The notes beneath the pieces are model-generated. The model was not told where the DNA came from and searched no databases. It saw nothing but the letters and a program-made list of their open reading frames with translations. Shown piece after piece: positions 45,678 through 55,831 of a DNA stretch of 64,000 nucleotides. Every line of letters begins with the position of its first letter. Position 1 is the first letter of the stretch. The DNA is from Escherichia phage VEc33. Location of the stretch: sequence record NC_048818.1, one strand, 5' to 3'. Both the position numbers and the translations under genes were made by a program.

Positions 45678-48600
45678 TTAAGAATTTCCTAGTGTTTTTA
45701 GGCTAGCACCATTCTCATTCAGAGCTAATTCTACTGCATCCCTCAGAGCACCGCTATTACTAGAGGCGAACTCTCTAAAACTAGCAGCATCCATAGCACT
45801 AATATTCAGGATGATAGGTCTTCCTGAGGTTGAATTAGAGGAATTTTTTAACTCATCATTAGGTGTAGCTTTCATAGGAATCATAGGTGTAATTACTTCT
45901 GTACCATGTTCTCCCATCTGATAGCTAACCCCTGGGTACATATTACCACCTTCGGCACGCGGCACAAATGAATTAGCATTACCAATACCTTGATCACCAC
46001 GTACATAGGATAGTTCCCCAGCATTAGCAGACATAGATACATCAATGTTCTTCTGACGCTCTCCAAGAGTTAAATAACTAGTAGTATCCGCTCCAGAATC
46101 TGCAATACTTGACATACTAGAGGCAGAGGATGCCTGCGCTAATGCCAGAGCACCTGCTAATCCTGCCGCTACCATCAGAGGGATAGAGAACGGGTATGGT
46201 ACAGCTGTTGCTGCCTGCATAACTGCTACTGCAGTTTGGATGATAATCTGCTTCTTAGCTGCATCTTGTTGAATCTTCAGCTTTTCAGCTTCTAGCTTCT
46301 TCAATTTAGCTTTAGATGCTTCTGATTTACCATCACGTTTCTGCTCCGCTGCGATAGCTGCATCAATAGCACTAACCTGTTGACTAGTACTATACTGAAT
46401 CATAGAAGATACAGTTTGCATGCCAGAAGCAATCAAGGAGGTAGTATCTAGGGATCCCTGAGAGAACTGAATCATGGCGTTAGTTAAGTTACCCATACTT
46501 TGAGCCACAGCGGTTGCTTCAGAATTTAATTCAGATAGCTTAGAGATTGCCTGATCATAAGAAGCCATTCTATTTTGCATATCTGCAAAATCTTTGTCTT
46601 CCCCAGATAGTCCAGTTGTAGGAGTGTACACAGCACCCACAGAAGACCCTACCTGTTGCTGCATTTGGCCTTCTCTTTGCTTTCTAAGTTGCTCTAGAGC
46701 AGCAGCAGTTTTATAGATCTCATTACGATATTTGATCTCTTCTTCGGTATTGCCCTTAGATAGTTCTAGCTGTTCTTGCAAAACAGATAATCTTTCTGTA
46801 AGAATCTGGGCTTGGCCAGTAACATTTCTTTGTGTTTGGCTGACTTCTAATGCATCCATAAGAGCTGATACATGTGATGCAGTTGCCTGCTTCTCAGCCT
46901 CCCATAACTCCCGGCTTATTTGTGCTTGCGCACGTCTAGACTGTTCCGCCTCTTTCTGTTTGTCCGCTTGTTTTGTATACCATTCGTACTTCTCTTTCTC
47001 TACAGTTAGTTCTAGTTTTAGCTGAGCTAATCTATATTGAGTAGTAGTCATAGTACGGTCATTCAGAAGAGCTATCTCACGATCTACACCAAGAATTTTA
47101 TCTGTGTAATCCTTGACCTTCTTCTGAGCTTCCATACCCTGATTGGTAAGTTTAAGTTTCTCCAGCTGAATTTTTTCAATTTCTTTTTCAACAGCTTTAT
47201 TCCCCTGGTTTGTTTGAAGAACACGGCGTAAAGCAGCTTCTTGCTCTTCTAACTGTTGCAACTCTAAACGTCTACCAGCTTCCTGAGCCTTTTCCTTATC
47301 CTTAGTTTGATTATACACATCAGCTATTTTCTGTTGAACTGCTAATTGATTTTTAGTTTCATTACCAGTTAGTTTAACATACTCAGATAGAGCCTGAGAT
47401 GCAGTTTTCATTTCAGACAGGGTGTTATAGCCCAGGTTAAGGTTTTTAACATACTCATCGGCACTCTTACCAGTGCCTAAGGATAGAGATTCTATGTTTT
47501 TTATAGCATCTGCTAAAGTAGCACTAGTTTTAGCAGCAGTATCTGTATTCTGAGCAACGTTCTGTATATCATTAGCTAAGTCACTAGCAGTTTTCTTAGT
47601 TTGATTATATGCTTTCTGTTGTTCAGTTAGTCCTTTTAATACTGTGGAGTTAAAGTCATATACAGCACCAGGATCAGTAGTATCCCTCTGTAGATTAATC
47701 TGTTTTTGGAATTCTGGATTAGCTTTTGCAGCAGCAGCACCCGCAGCTTGATAGGCTGACTTCCAAGCATTAAGGTTTTCAGTAGAATCTTCTACTTCCT
47801 TACCTAGTCTGGTTACTTGTAGACCCATAGCCGCAGTTTCTTCTACGAACTTTTTATTAGCTTCGGAAGCACCAGCAGCAGCAAGACCAACAGGAATACC
47901 TTCACCAACTTGACGTATGGCTAATCTTGTATAGAAATCCGCTTGCTCCATTCGTTTATCGAATTCGGATTTTAGCTTATTACGCTTATCAAGAGATTCC
48001 TTATACATATCTAGAGCTTTATTATAACCTTCTTCAGAAGCGGCCAAACTTAAAGCAACAGCACCAACGTTGGTAGGATCTATCTGTCTATTGGTTTTTT
48101 CTTGAGCTCTAGCTGCTTCAGCAGATACAGAAGCCTGAGAAGTATAAAATACTGTGTTGATAGCATCAATTACCGGCCCTAAATACTTAGCAGCAGCCTG
48201 CTGAATCTTTCTCAGCGCGGCATCAGCATTAGCGGCAAATTGCTCCCATGGAGTAGCACGTAAAACTTCATCTAAGTAACCAAAACGTTTAGTAGACTCT
48301 GCTATAACAGCATTAGCATACGCTTGCTGTTTCTGGAAGGTAGTAAGGCTATTAATATTATACGTTATACCTGTGTTTGCAGCATTTAACTGTTTAACGT
48401 AATCAGCATAAGCATCATTAAGACGAATAGTAACACCAAGTTCATCCAGAAGTTCGATTTCCTGTTTAGATACACCCTTAATTACACGGTTAAGTGCATC
48501 AGTCATATCAACGCCAAGAACAGCAGCAGCACGACGAGCTACTAGACCAAATTTATTAAGTTGTTCAGCATCAAAACCGTATGCAGAAGCAGAGGATGCT

Positions 48601-49358
48601 TGTCTCATAGCTTCTTCAAAGGAAATAGCGTACCCGGCTGCTTCTTGTAGGGATCTAGCAAGGGACTGAACAGGAGTACCTGTCTGAGTACCTACTATAA
48701 CACCAAATTTTTCTAGACGATTTAGCTGATCACCTAACTTAAGTTGTTCGAATGCAGATTGCAAAACGAAGATGTTGGAAGCAAGAGCTGCATACATAAT
48801 AGGTAAACTACCACCTATCTTAGCCATTGCCGCAAAATCACGAGTTGCACCACGTGCTGAACCAGAAGTATTACCAATAGCTCTAGAAGCTCTGCCAGCA
48901 GCACCAGTAGTATCATTAAAGCCCTTAGTTGTACCACCTAAAGCTCTATTAGTATCGTATAACCTATCTTGAACTTTCTCTGTTGCAGCTGCAACATCAT
49001 TGCCCATTGTTTTAACAGATCTAGAAACTCCATCAAATCCAACTTCTAGTTTATCTGCTACTTCAATCATTGTAATAGCTAGGTCATCCAGCTTAGTCCC
49101 TATATCATTAATAGATTTAGTAATACCAAGCATGCCCCTACTAGCCTGCATTTTAGTAAGACTTTTTGCTGCTCTATCTGCTGCCCTCTCAATGGAGTAT
49201 AGAGTTTTGGGCATTTTACCTAACTGTTCATTCGTTAGCTCAGAAGCCGCAGCAGCATTCTCTAATGCATCAGATACGTTTTCAATAGACTTTGCAGTAC
49301 GAGTTGCCCCCTTCTGTTTAACGTCTATCAGTAATTCTCGTATTAGCTTATCAGTCAT
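45678..49358 (-). CDS. Tail tape measure protein (T5 pb2-like)
   Basis: 1226 aa, long coiled-coil, Ala/Gln-rich, hydrophobic segments near C-terminus; position between assembly chaperones and distal tail protein. Confidence 0.9.
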   Translation of the reverse strand: MTDKLIRELLIDVKQKGATRTAKSIENVSDALENAAAASELTNEQLGKMPKTLYSIERAADRAAKSLTKMQASRGMLGITKSINDIGTKLDDLAITMIEVADKLEVGFDGVSRSVKTMGNDVAAATEKVQDRLYDTNRALGGTTKGFNDTTGAAGRASRAIGNTSGSARGATRDFAAMAKIGGSLPIMYAALASNIFVLQSAFEQLKLGDQLNRLEKFGVIVGTQTGTPVQSLARSLQEAAGYAISFEEAMRQASSASAYGFDAEQLNKFGLVARRAAAVLGVDMTDALNRVIKGVSKQEIELLDELGVTIRLNDAYADYVKQLNAANTGITYNINSLTTFQKQQAYANAVIAESTKRFGYLDEVLRATPWEQFAANADAALRKIQQAAAKYLGPVIDAINTVFYTSQASVSAEAARAQEKTNRQIDPTNVGAVALSLAASEEGYNKALDMYKESLDKRNKLKSEFDKRMEQADFYTRLAIRQVGEGIPVGLAAAGASEANKKFVEETAAMGLQVTRLGKEVEDSTENLNAWKSAYQAAGAAAAKANPEFQKQINLQRDTTDPGAVYDFNSTVLKGLTEQQKAYNQTKKTASDLANDIQNVAQNTDTAAKTSATLADAIKNIESLSLGTGKSADEYVKNLNLGYNTLSEMKTASQALSEYVKLTGNETKNQLAVQQKIADVYNQTKDKEKAQEAGRRLELQQLEEQEAALRRVLQTNQGNKAVEKEIEKIQLEKLKLTNQGMEAQKKVKDYTDKILGVDREIALLNDRTMTTTQYRLAQLKLELTVEKEKYEWYTKQADKQKEAEQSRRAQAQISRELWEAEKQATASHVSALMDALEVSQTQRNVTGQAQILTERLSVLQEQLELSKGNTEEEIKYRNEIYKTAAALEQLRKQREGQMQQQVGSSVGAVYTPTTGLSGEDKDFADMQNRMASYDQAISKLSELNSEATAVAQSMGNLTNAMIQFSQGSLDTTSLIASGMQTVSSMIQYSTSQQVSAIDAAIAAEQKRDGKSEASKAKLKKLEAEKLKIQQDAAKKQIIIQTAVAVMQAATAVPYPFSIPLMVAAGLAGALALAQASSASSMSSIADSGADTTSYLTLGERQKNIDVSMSANAGELSYVRGDQGIGNANSFVPRAEGGNMYPGVSYQMGEHGTEVITPMIPMKATPNDELKNSSNSTSGRPIILNISAMDAASFREFASSNSGALRDAVELALNENGASLKTLGNS

Positions 49359-49381
49359 ATTTTATTTTTCCCAATAAAAAA

Positions 49382-49406
49382 GGCTCTGGGCAAATCACCC
49401 AGAGCC
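49382..49406 (-). terminator. Hairpin plus T-tract immediately upstream of the tape measure start codon
   Basis: GGCTCTGGG-loop-CCCAGAGCC; on minus strand followed by TTTTTTATTGGGAAAAATAAAATATG. Confidence 0.55.
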
Positions 49407-49441
49407 AAGCCTCATCGTGGAACGCCCATTGGAGGAAACTT

Positions 49442-49810
49442 TTATCGTGCACGAGATCTAGCATGTGGCTTAACGTTAGGAATCCTTCCGTTTTGCGGTT
49501 TATGCTTCTCAGCACGTTTACGTGCAGCATCTACAGCTTTAGCATCAAATATATTGATAATGTGTAGAACAAATTCTTTCTCTATAGGATCAGTAATCCC
49601 ATAAATATCAAATAAAACACCTAGAGCAGCCTTATCTTTACCTATAAAGATAGGAAAGTCACCTGGTATGAAGCAGTCAATTAGACTGTTATAAATATTC
49701 ATACTAATAGATACAATAGGTGGAAAATCTTCGAGTTCAACAGGCATAGCCTTAGGATCAGGTTCTATACCCATTGACTCACAAAGTATTAAATATTGTT
49801 GTTTGGTCAT
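49442..49810 (-). CDS. Putative tail assembly chaperone (downstream ORF of a possible chaperone pair)
   Basis: 122 aa, directly upstream of tape measure; its frame stays open upstream into the 3' end of the preceding ORF. Confidence 0.4.
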   Translation of the reverse strand: MTKQQYLILCESMGIEPDPKAMPVELEDFPPIVSISMNIYNSLIDCFIPGDFPIFIGKDKAALGVLFDIYGITDPIEKEFVLHIINIFDAKAVDAARKRAEKHKPQNGRIPNVKPHARSRAR

Positions 49811-49871
49811 TTTAGATGCTGAGCTTTTAATACATTTATCTGCAAAATCAGCAACAGCATCTAGGAGTTCT

Positions 49872-50276
49872 TTACGCTTTTGGGCTACGAAAAGTGTCTA
49901 AGTGGAACACTGTCTGGTTGATCCAAGAATCAAACGCAGCAGAGTTCTGCATGAGCATTACAGCATTATCGCGGCTAAAAGGAACTTCAGTAGCAGGATC
50001 AGCATCTGTTTCAATCAGCATCAGTTTTTCAACGTCACCTACAGTCAAACCGGTCCAACCTTTAATAGCTGCGTCAACGAAGGCTTCAATGAACTTATCA
50101 TCATCCTGTACCTGAATCAAAGTACCATTAACCCATTCATCGCGTTTAGCAGAAGAAATAACACGTTTAGAGGTAGCACGAGACATATAGTTAAGTTCTA
50201 GTTTAAAGTTCGGCATACCCGGGTAGGAAAGAGTAATAGTACGAGTATCGAGAGTAATATCTTTTAAATTAATCAT
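49872..50276 (-). CDS. Putative tail assembly chaperone (upstream ORF)
   Basis: 134 aa, between a tail structural gene and the tape measure gene; acidic. Confidence 0.4.
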   Translation of the reverse strand: MINLKDITLDTRTITLSYPGMPNFKLELNYMSRATSKRVISSAKRDEWVNGTLIQVQDDDKFIEAFVDAAIKGWTGLTVGDVEKLMLIETDADPATEVPFSRDNAVMLMQNSAAFDSWINQTVFHLDTFRSPKA

Positions 50277-51172
50277 TTTTTAATTTCTCCAAAGAAATCT
50301 ATTCTCACTGGGTCTGAAGAAGCAGTAGGTATAATATCCCACTCAACTCTATACACATCTGAGAAATCTAGGCGTTTTGTAATACGTGCTGAAGGAAAAT
50401 CTATAGAAATATTATTATTTCTTATCATTAAAGGTACATCTGTCTCCGGTTCTATATTATAAACCATATCTCCTGCAAAACGTTTTAAGTAGTATAGAGA
50501 AATGGTTGCCGAAGCATTCATTTCAGTTACATAGGCTCTTTTATTATTATAAATTTTATTTATATCAAAAACACTCTTATCTTCTCTCCAAGAGCACTGC
50601 TGCTGGAAGGATAAAGAGGCAGAAATAAGACCAGGTAAGATACTACCATTAGTAGAAGCTATTACTGGGCTATAAGACATAACTTCACCCTGTATAATAG
50701 AAGCTGCTTCTCTATATGTAGATACTTCGGAGAATTTCCCTGACTCAATACCAACGTTAAGAATTGGTATATTCTTATCTAAAGAAAAATCTACCGTAGA
50801 TACATAACAGTTTTCAAAATATACACAGTTGTTATCTTTATTTACTATATAGATATTAAACATAGTAGGTTCAATATTGTTACTATATAGTGGTAGTAAG
50901 AAAGTATTACCTTTTCTGTCAAAACCTAGCCATTCAAAAAAGTTAGCTTCAGTAAGTGTATTACTAAAATTTATTGCTAATGATATAGAAGAAGGGGTTT
51001 GAGCATTTATAATAGAGTCTGCATAGTTAGTTCTACGATGAATAGTCCTACGAAGGGTCTTAAATTCTTCGTAGGAGGTTTGTACATCATAGTTTGATAG
51101 GGCATCAAAATGAAATGCCCTACCATCATACTCAACTATAACTTTTGACTCTCGCATTAGAGAGTAGTACAT
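50273..51172 (-). CDS. Tail-associated structural protein (T5 p140-like by position)
   Basis: 299 aa, downstream of the tail tube gene. Confidence 0.45.
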   Translation of the reverse strand: MYYSLMRESKVIVEYDGRAFHFDALSNYDVQTSYEEFKTLRRTIHRRTNYADSIINAQTPSSISLAINFSNTLTEANFFEWLGFDRKGNTFLLPLYSNNIEPTMFNIYIVNKDNNCVYFENCYVSTVDFSLDKNIPILNVGIESGKFSEVSTYREAASIIQGEVMSYSPVIASTNGSILPGLISASLSFQQQCSWREDKSVFDINKIYNNKRAYVTEMNASATISLYYLKRFAGDMVYNIEPETDVPLMIRNNNISIDFPSARITKRLDFSDVYRVEWDIIPTASSDPVRIDFFGEIKK

Positions 51173-51176
51173 TTAT

Positions 51177-52583
51177 TTAACCACCAGCACTAACTGTGAT
51201 AGTTTTAGTACCTTCTACACCAGAACCGTCTTTAGCTACAGCCTTCACAGTAACTGCACCAGTTTTAGAAGCATCAGCTGTTAATAACCCAGATTCTGCA
51301 TCAATCGTAGCTGCGTTACCACTAGAAATAGACCAAGTTACAGCCTTATTAGTAGCTTCTGGAGGTGTTACCTCAACAGACATCTGTAAAGTATTACTAT
51401 TTGTTACAGAAACAGCCTCACCTGCCGATTTAACTGTAATGGATTTAACGGGAACTGGAGGAGTTTTAGCACCATCTCCGGTAGCAATTAGATTCGCTAT
51501 TGTAGTTTTGGTATACTTGTTAGAGAAGCCTAAGTATCCTTCGTCACCAGTATCCAAATCAGTAGGAATAGCTTTAAACTCTACTGAAGTACCAAGTACA
51601 TCATCAGTCTCAATAGTAGGGATGTTAACATGCGCCTGTTTAGCAACTAACACAGCTGCCGGTCGCTCATCATCGTATTCACCACCCAAAATAAGTGCAA
51701 TTTCAAAACGGTTAACTACCTTAAGGGTTTTGACAAGATCTTTGTACAGTTCCATAGAACCAAGAGACTTATCATTAAGGTATGCTGTCAAAGAACCCGT
51801 TAACTCAAACGCACCAGTAAATGAACCGATAGGAATATTTACACGTGACATAATATTCGGGGTTAGGTACGTGATGTTGTTATTAATGGTAAAAGTACCA
51901 CCAGTAATAGGAATATCATATGCCTTATCAGAATCCATATCCTTAATTTTTAGGATAGTTAACTTGTTCTTTATATAAGAACTCTGAATAGTCATATAGG
52001 TTTCATCATCAATACCTAATGCATCTGGATCAAATGGTTGGCTATCTAACGGGATGAGCTGATTACCATTACCAGACCAAGTTACACGACCAATATCCTC
52101 AATATCAACGTTAACTTCTGCCTGGTTGATCTGGCAAGAGTCAATATAGCTCCATGCTTTGTCAGTAAGAATGTAGATGTGCAGCATAGCCAACTCATGA
52201 TAAGAGTTATCTTTAAAGTTAACCATGAAATTAGCTTCATTATTATGCGCACCTGTGTCTCCCTCAAGGTTTAACGCTTTACCACTAGAAAGAGCATGCC
52301 ATAACATGTAGTCGGGAACAATCTGTTTATTAGAGGTTTTATCCTTGTATGGCAGGATATAAGTAGAAAAACTCCACTCAGCCGCATTCAAGGAATCGTT
52401 AAAACGTTTAGAACCACGAGTAGGACGCGGACCAGCTTCGTTAACAGTAATATCTGTTGAGTTACTGTCCTGACCCCAAGAAATATCATCCTGAACTAGA
52501 ATCTCTTGCGTGTTGGTCTTATCGTGACCAGTCTTAACCGTAGACACGAAGATTCGAGTATTACGTAATAGTTGTAAAGACAT
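51177..52583 (-). CDS. Major tail tube protein (T5 pb6-like) with C-terminal Ig-like domain
   Basis: 468 aa; C-terminal Big_2-like segment (KAVTWSISSGNAATIDAESGLLTA...VTVKAVAKDGSG). Confidence 0.75.
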   Translation of the reverse strand: MSLQLLRNTRIFVSTVKTGHDKTNTQEILVQDDISWGQDSNSTDITVNEAGPRPTRGSKRFNDSLNAAEWSFSTYILPYKDKTSNKQIVPDYMLWHALSSGKALNLEGDTGAHNNEANFMVNFKDNSYHELAMLHIYILTDKAWSYIDSCQINQAEVNVDIEDIGRVTWSGNGNQLIPLDSQPFDPDALGIDDETYMTIQSSYIKNKLTILKIKDMDSDKAYDIPITGGTFTINNNITYLTPNIMSRVNIPIGSFTGAFELTGSLTAYLNDKSLGSMELYKDLVKTLKVVNRFEIALILGGEYDDERPAAVLVAKQAHVNIPTIETDDVLGTSVEFKAIPTDLDTGDEGYLGFSNKYTKTTIANLIATGDGAKTPPVPVKSITVKSAGEAVSVTNSNTLQMSVEVTPPEATNKAVTWSISSGNAATIDAESGLLTADASKTGAVTVKAVAKDGSGVEGTKTITVSAGG

Positions 52584-52609
52584 TTAATTATTTTCTCCTA
52601 ATCTGTAAC

Positions 52610-53095
52610 TTATCTGCGAAGTGACCTACGTGGAGGCTGATACCTCACTGTTACATTTATTTCTGCTAAACCATATGGGGCCAGTAGACCCTCATCTGTA
52701 CTAACTGATGTAATGCTCATATCAGTCGCCTCACATGGGAAGGTCGATCCATTAGGTTTACTAACAGTATATTCTAAATTTCCACCCGTGTCAATAACGG
52801 TTTTTATATCCGCTACGAGTTTTTCAAGTTGCTCTTGAATGTCTGTTTTCTCTTTATCGTACACCAGGATTGGAAGTTCTAAAAACATCCACTGTTGGCC
52901 TGAAGGAAGATACTGCCCAGTTTCAGTTCCGATATGAACTGCAACATAAGGAAACTCTCGTATCTCCTCAAACTTATAAGTTTGACGTGAGACGTTTCCG
53001 TACAAGTTATTAAAATATTCATCTGGTTGAGAGCCATCCATTTGTTTGGCTATTCGGTCAACCAGAGCTTGTGCTATACTTGTTCTGTGATCCAT
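52610..53095 (-). CDS. Putative tail terminator protein
   Basis: 161 aa, position between head completion genes and the tail tube gene. Confidence 0.45.
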   Translation of the reverse strand: MDHRTSIAQALVDRIAKQMDGSQPDEYFNNLYGNVSRQTYKFEEIREFPYVAVHIGTETGQYLPSGQQWMFLELPILVYDKEKTDIQEQLEKLVADIKTVIDTGGNLEYTVSKPNGSTFPCEATDMSITSVSTDEGLLAPYGLAEINVTVRYQPPRRSLRR

Positions 53096-53098
53096 TTA

Positions 53099-53866
53099 TT
53101 AGGTTCCTTGATTAACCTTAATTTTGTATCTGGAGTGAATTAAGTCTCTTGCAGCTTTAGCTATCGCCTCTCCAATTAATCTTTGAGGGTTTCTAGCACC
53201 TGGGTAGGGTCGTAATGACAATCTTCGATATGTAGATACTGCAGGGTTAAATACGGAATATGGACGTACCATATAATTATATGTAACATTTAATTCAGGA
53301 GCACCTTTGCTAGTTCCAGCATCTCTAAGCATAACATCTTTAACTTTTAGGGAATTTGCAAAACGACCTGTTCTAAATTTAAGTGGAGCTCCTGCTTTTT
53401 TCATATCCTTTATTAAGTATTCTTTGGCAACCAACTCCAGAATAACCTTCATATTACTATTTGATACAAAACGACCAGAAGCACCTGTTACTGCACCAGA
53501 ATATCCATCTTCTACGTCTCTAGGATCACCAAAGTTTACCTGTACCCTACCAGTAGAACGTTTTTTACCTACGGAGGATTTTTTACCGGCAGTTGCCTGT
53601 ATGAGACTTTCTAAAGCCCCTAAATCTCCAGAAAGATCCAAGCTAGAGGATACAGCTTTTAGAATAGAGGCTGTCCTAACACTAAGGAGATCCTGTGATA
53701 CCGGTTTTGAGAATTTAAAAGATACTTGAGCAACAGTACCATCTCTAGTGGGATCTTTTAATCCTGTTTCAACAGAATATACAACAGTATTCTTATTATT
53801 CTCGGAACGCCCAACATTATCTAGCTGCTCCTTAATAATTTGTGTAGCTAAATCAGAAAGAGACAT
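53099..53866 (-). CDS. Hypothetical structural protein (head or tail completion)
   Basis: 255 aa, in the late operon between capsid and tail genes. Confidence 0.45.
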   Translation of the reverse strand: MSLSDLATQIIKEQLDNVGRSENNKNTVVYSVETGLKDPTRDGTVAQVSFKFSKPVSQDLLSVRTASILKAVSSSLDLSGDLGALESLIQATAGKKSSVGKKRSTGRVQVNFGDPRDVEDGYSGAVTGASGRFVSNSNMKVILELVAKEYLIKDMKKAGAPLKFRTGRFANSLKVKDVMLRDAGTSKGAPELNVTYNYMVRPYSVFNPAVSTYRRLSLRPYPGARNPQRLIGEAIAKAARDLIHSRYKIKVNQGT

Positions 53867-54378
53867 TATACTCTCCTGTAAACTTCAATAATAGTACGAA
53901 TATGCTCTGGAATACCAGACTTAGTATTATTAAAAGTAACTGTTTCTCCGCCAATTGTTTTAGCTTGACGGTAATCCTGTTTATGCCAATGATCTACTAG
54001 CATACATGCTGCAAGTTTGAGATCTTCAGGAATTGGGTTAAATCCACCTTGTGTGTACTCTACATCCATATAACCTTCTGGAGGATTAAATTTAAGAAGT
54101 ATAACCCCATCAGAGTACAACTTATACTGTTCGGGATCTATCTCCTTATCATTAATAGTCATTTTGGTTACTGAAGTAGCTGAGGGAGAACTTAAAAAGT
54201 ATTTTTTACGAGTAGGTTTTGTATTGATTAACTGGTCTACCGCATCAGCATCATCCATACCTAAAAGGCTAGTAATCAGCGCATTGGCAGCAGTAATCAT
54301 CATCTCTACTCCAGATTCTAGTTCCGGTCGTTTTAACCCGCCGTATAATCTATAGTCTTCAGCTGTGATTATTTGCAT
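53866..54378 (-). CDS. Putative head completion / head-tail adaptor protein
   Basis: 170 aa, immediately downstream of the major capsid gene. Confidence 0.45.
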   Translation of the reverse strand: MQIITAEDYRLYGGLKRPELESGVEMMITAANALITSLLGMDDADAVDQLINTKPTRKKYFLSSPSATSVTKMTINDKEIDPEQYKLYSDGVILLKFNPPEGYMDVEYTQGGFNPIPEDLKLAACMLVDHWHKQDYRQAKTIGGETVTFNNTKSGIPEHIRTIIEVYRRV

Positions 54379-54396
54379 TTATTTTTCCCAATAAAA

Positions 54397-54418
54397 AAGG
54401 AGAGCCGAAGCTCTCCTT
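54397..54418 (-). terminator. Hairpin plus T-tract just downstream of the major capsid gene
   Basis: AAGGAGAGC-TTCG-GCTCTCCTT; on minus strand followed by TTTTTTATTGGGAAAAATAAATG. Confidence 0.6.
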
Positions 54419-54437
54419 ATCGGCTGAAAAGCCTGTA

Positions 54438-55814
54438 TTAAGCGGTAGCGTAAGCACCGGATACAACACCATTACTAAAGTAACGTTGCAGGTTAACACG
54501 CTGAGTAACGTAGTATGCATCACGCTGTTTACCAGCTTGGCGCTCACGTTCAACAGTAACAGCACGCTGGCGTGGCATTACGAAGTTATCTTTATAAACA
54601 ATAACTGCGAACTCTTTCTCAGCTGCTTTAGCTGGGAAGTACTCAGAAACTACAACCGGCAGACCATAAATACGACCAACCTGACCTTGCAGTTTAACAG
54701 CATCGTTACCAACCTGTGCAACATCCTGCCATTCTTCATCTTCCAGAAGATCATAGTAAGCATCCATAGATACGATAAGTACCAGTTTGCTCAGTTTCAG
54801 ACCATGACGGCCCAGTTTACGACGCAGTTTAGAGATAGTTTTAGCAGTTACCAGAACAGAACCATCAGCTTTAGCTTCAGTAGTAACTTTAGCACCATCA
54901 TCTTCAGCCAGTTTCAACAGACCTTTCGGCTTACCAGTACCATCACCAGTCATAAAAGCTTCTTCGATAGAAACAGCGTGTGCTTCAATCAGACGCTTAC
55001 GCAGCAGCGGTAGCAGGGAGAAGATTGCATCTTCTTCAGTTTCATCAGTAATGAAGGACTTAGCAGCTAGTTTGTAGGTTTTAAAACTAATTTCAGTTAA
55101 TGTACCTTTAACTTCGTTACCAACAGTAGCATCAGTACCGTAGGAACCAGCATCTACCCAAGTAGCTTTTCCAGCTTCAGGCTCAACCAGCATAGTAAGA
55201 ATTTTGCTGGACATCGGCAGTTCATCAAACAGTGCACCAACTACTAACTCTTTCTGCAGGTCACGAAGGATACGGGTAGAGAAAATAGTTTCGTAGTTTT
55301 CACTGGAAACCTGTACAGAGGAAGAAGTATTAACAGCTTTAACGTGGGCTTTACCATGTTCAGTTTCAAATACATCCTTCTCCATCATATAAGACAGGAG
55401 AACTAGTTTTTCAACTTCATCTTCAAAAGCTTCCTGAGTACCATACAGTGCTTTAGCTACGCTATCACCGACGAAGGAACGACCTTCACGAGCTGCTAGC
55501 AGAGATTTAATTTCATCCTGAAGACCAACAATGGTTTCCTGCTGCTTTTCTACAGTCTGTGCGAACAGTTCTGCGCTCTTTTTAGATTTTTCATCCAGGG
55601 ACTTAACCAGTTCCAGAGCTTGTTCCAGTTTCTGACGATCTTCGCCAACTGCTTTAGAAACCAGGTCATTCATACGAGCCAGTTCTTTTTCTTCCTGCTC
55701 TTTACGCATACGTTCAGCTTCCTGAGCTTTCTGAGCAGCGGTCAGACCTTCCAGAGATTTAGCCAGATCACCCAGACCAAGTTCTTCTTTCAGCTTATTA
55801 ATATCAATAGTCAT
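54438..55814 (-). CDS. Major capsid protein, HK97 fold, with N-terminal scaffolding (delta) domain
   Basis: 458 aa; N-terminal ~150 aa charged coiled coil, then HK97-like body; follows the prohead protease gene. Confidence 0.88.
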   Translation of the reverse strand: MTIDINKLKEELGLGDLAKSLEGLTAAQKAQEAERMRKEQEEKELARMNDLVSKAVGEDRQKLEQALELVKSLDEKSKKSAELFAQTVEKQQETIVGLQDEIKSLLAAREGRSFVGDSVAKALYGTQEAFEDEVEKLVLLSYMMEKDVFETEHGKAHVKAVNTSSSVQVSSENYETIFSTRILRDLQKELVVGALFDELPMSSKILTMLVEPEAGKATWVDAGSYGTDATVGNEVKGTLTEISFKTYKLAAKSFITDETEEDAIFSLLPLLRKRLIEAHAVSIEEAFMTGDGTGKPKGLLKLAEDDGAKVTTEAKADGSVLVTAKTISKLRRKLGRHGLKLSKLVLIVSMDAYYDLLEDEEWQDVAQVGNDAVKLQGQVGRIYGLPVVVSEYFPAKAAEKEFAVIVYKDNFVMPRQRAVTVERERQAGKQRDAYYVTQRVNLQRYFSNGVVSGAYATA

Positions 55815-55831
55815 TTTTAAATAATTCTCCG

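Noticed and set aside
54486-55013. Plus-strand 175 aa ORF inside the major capsid gene
   Set aside because: Antisense to capsid coding sequence; no SD; low-complexity product.
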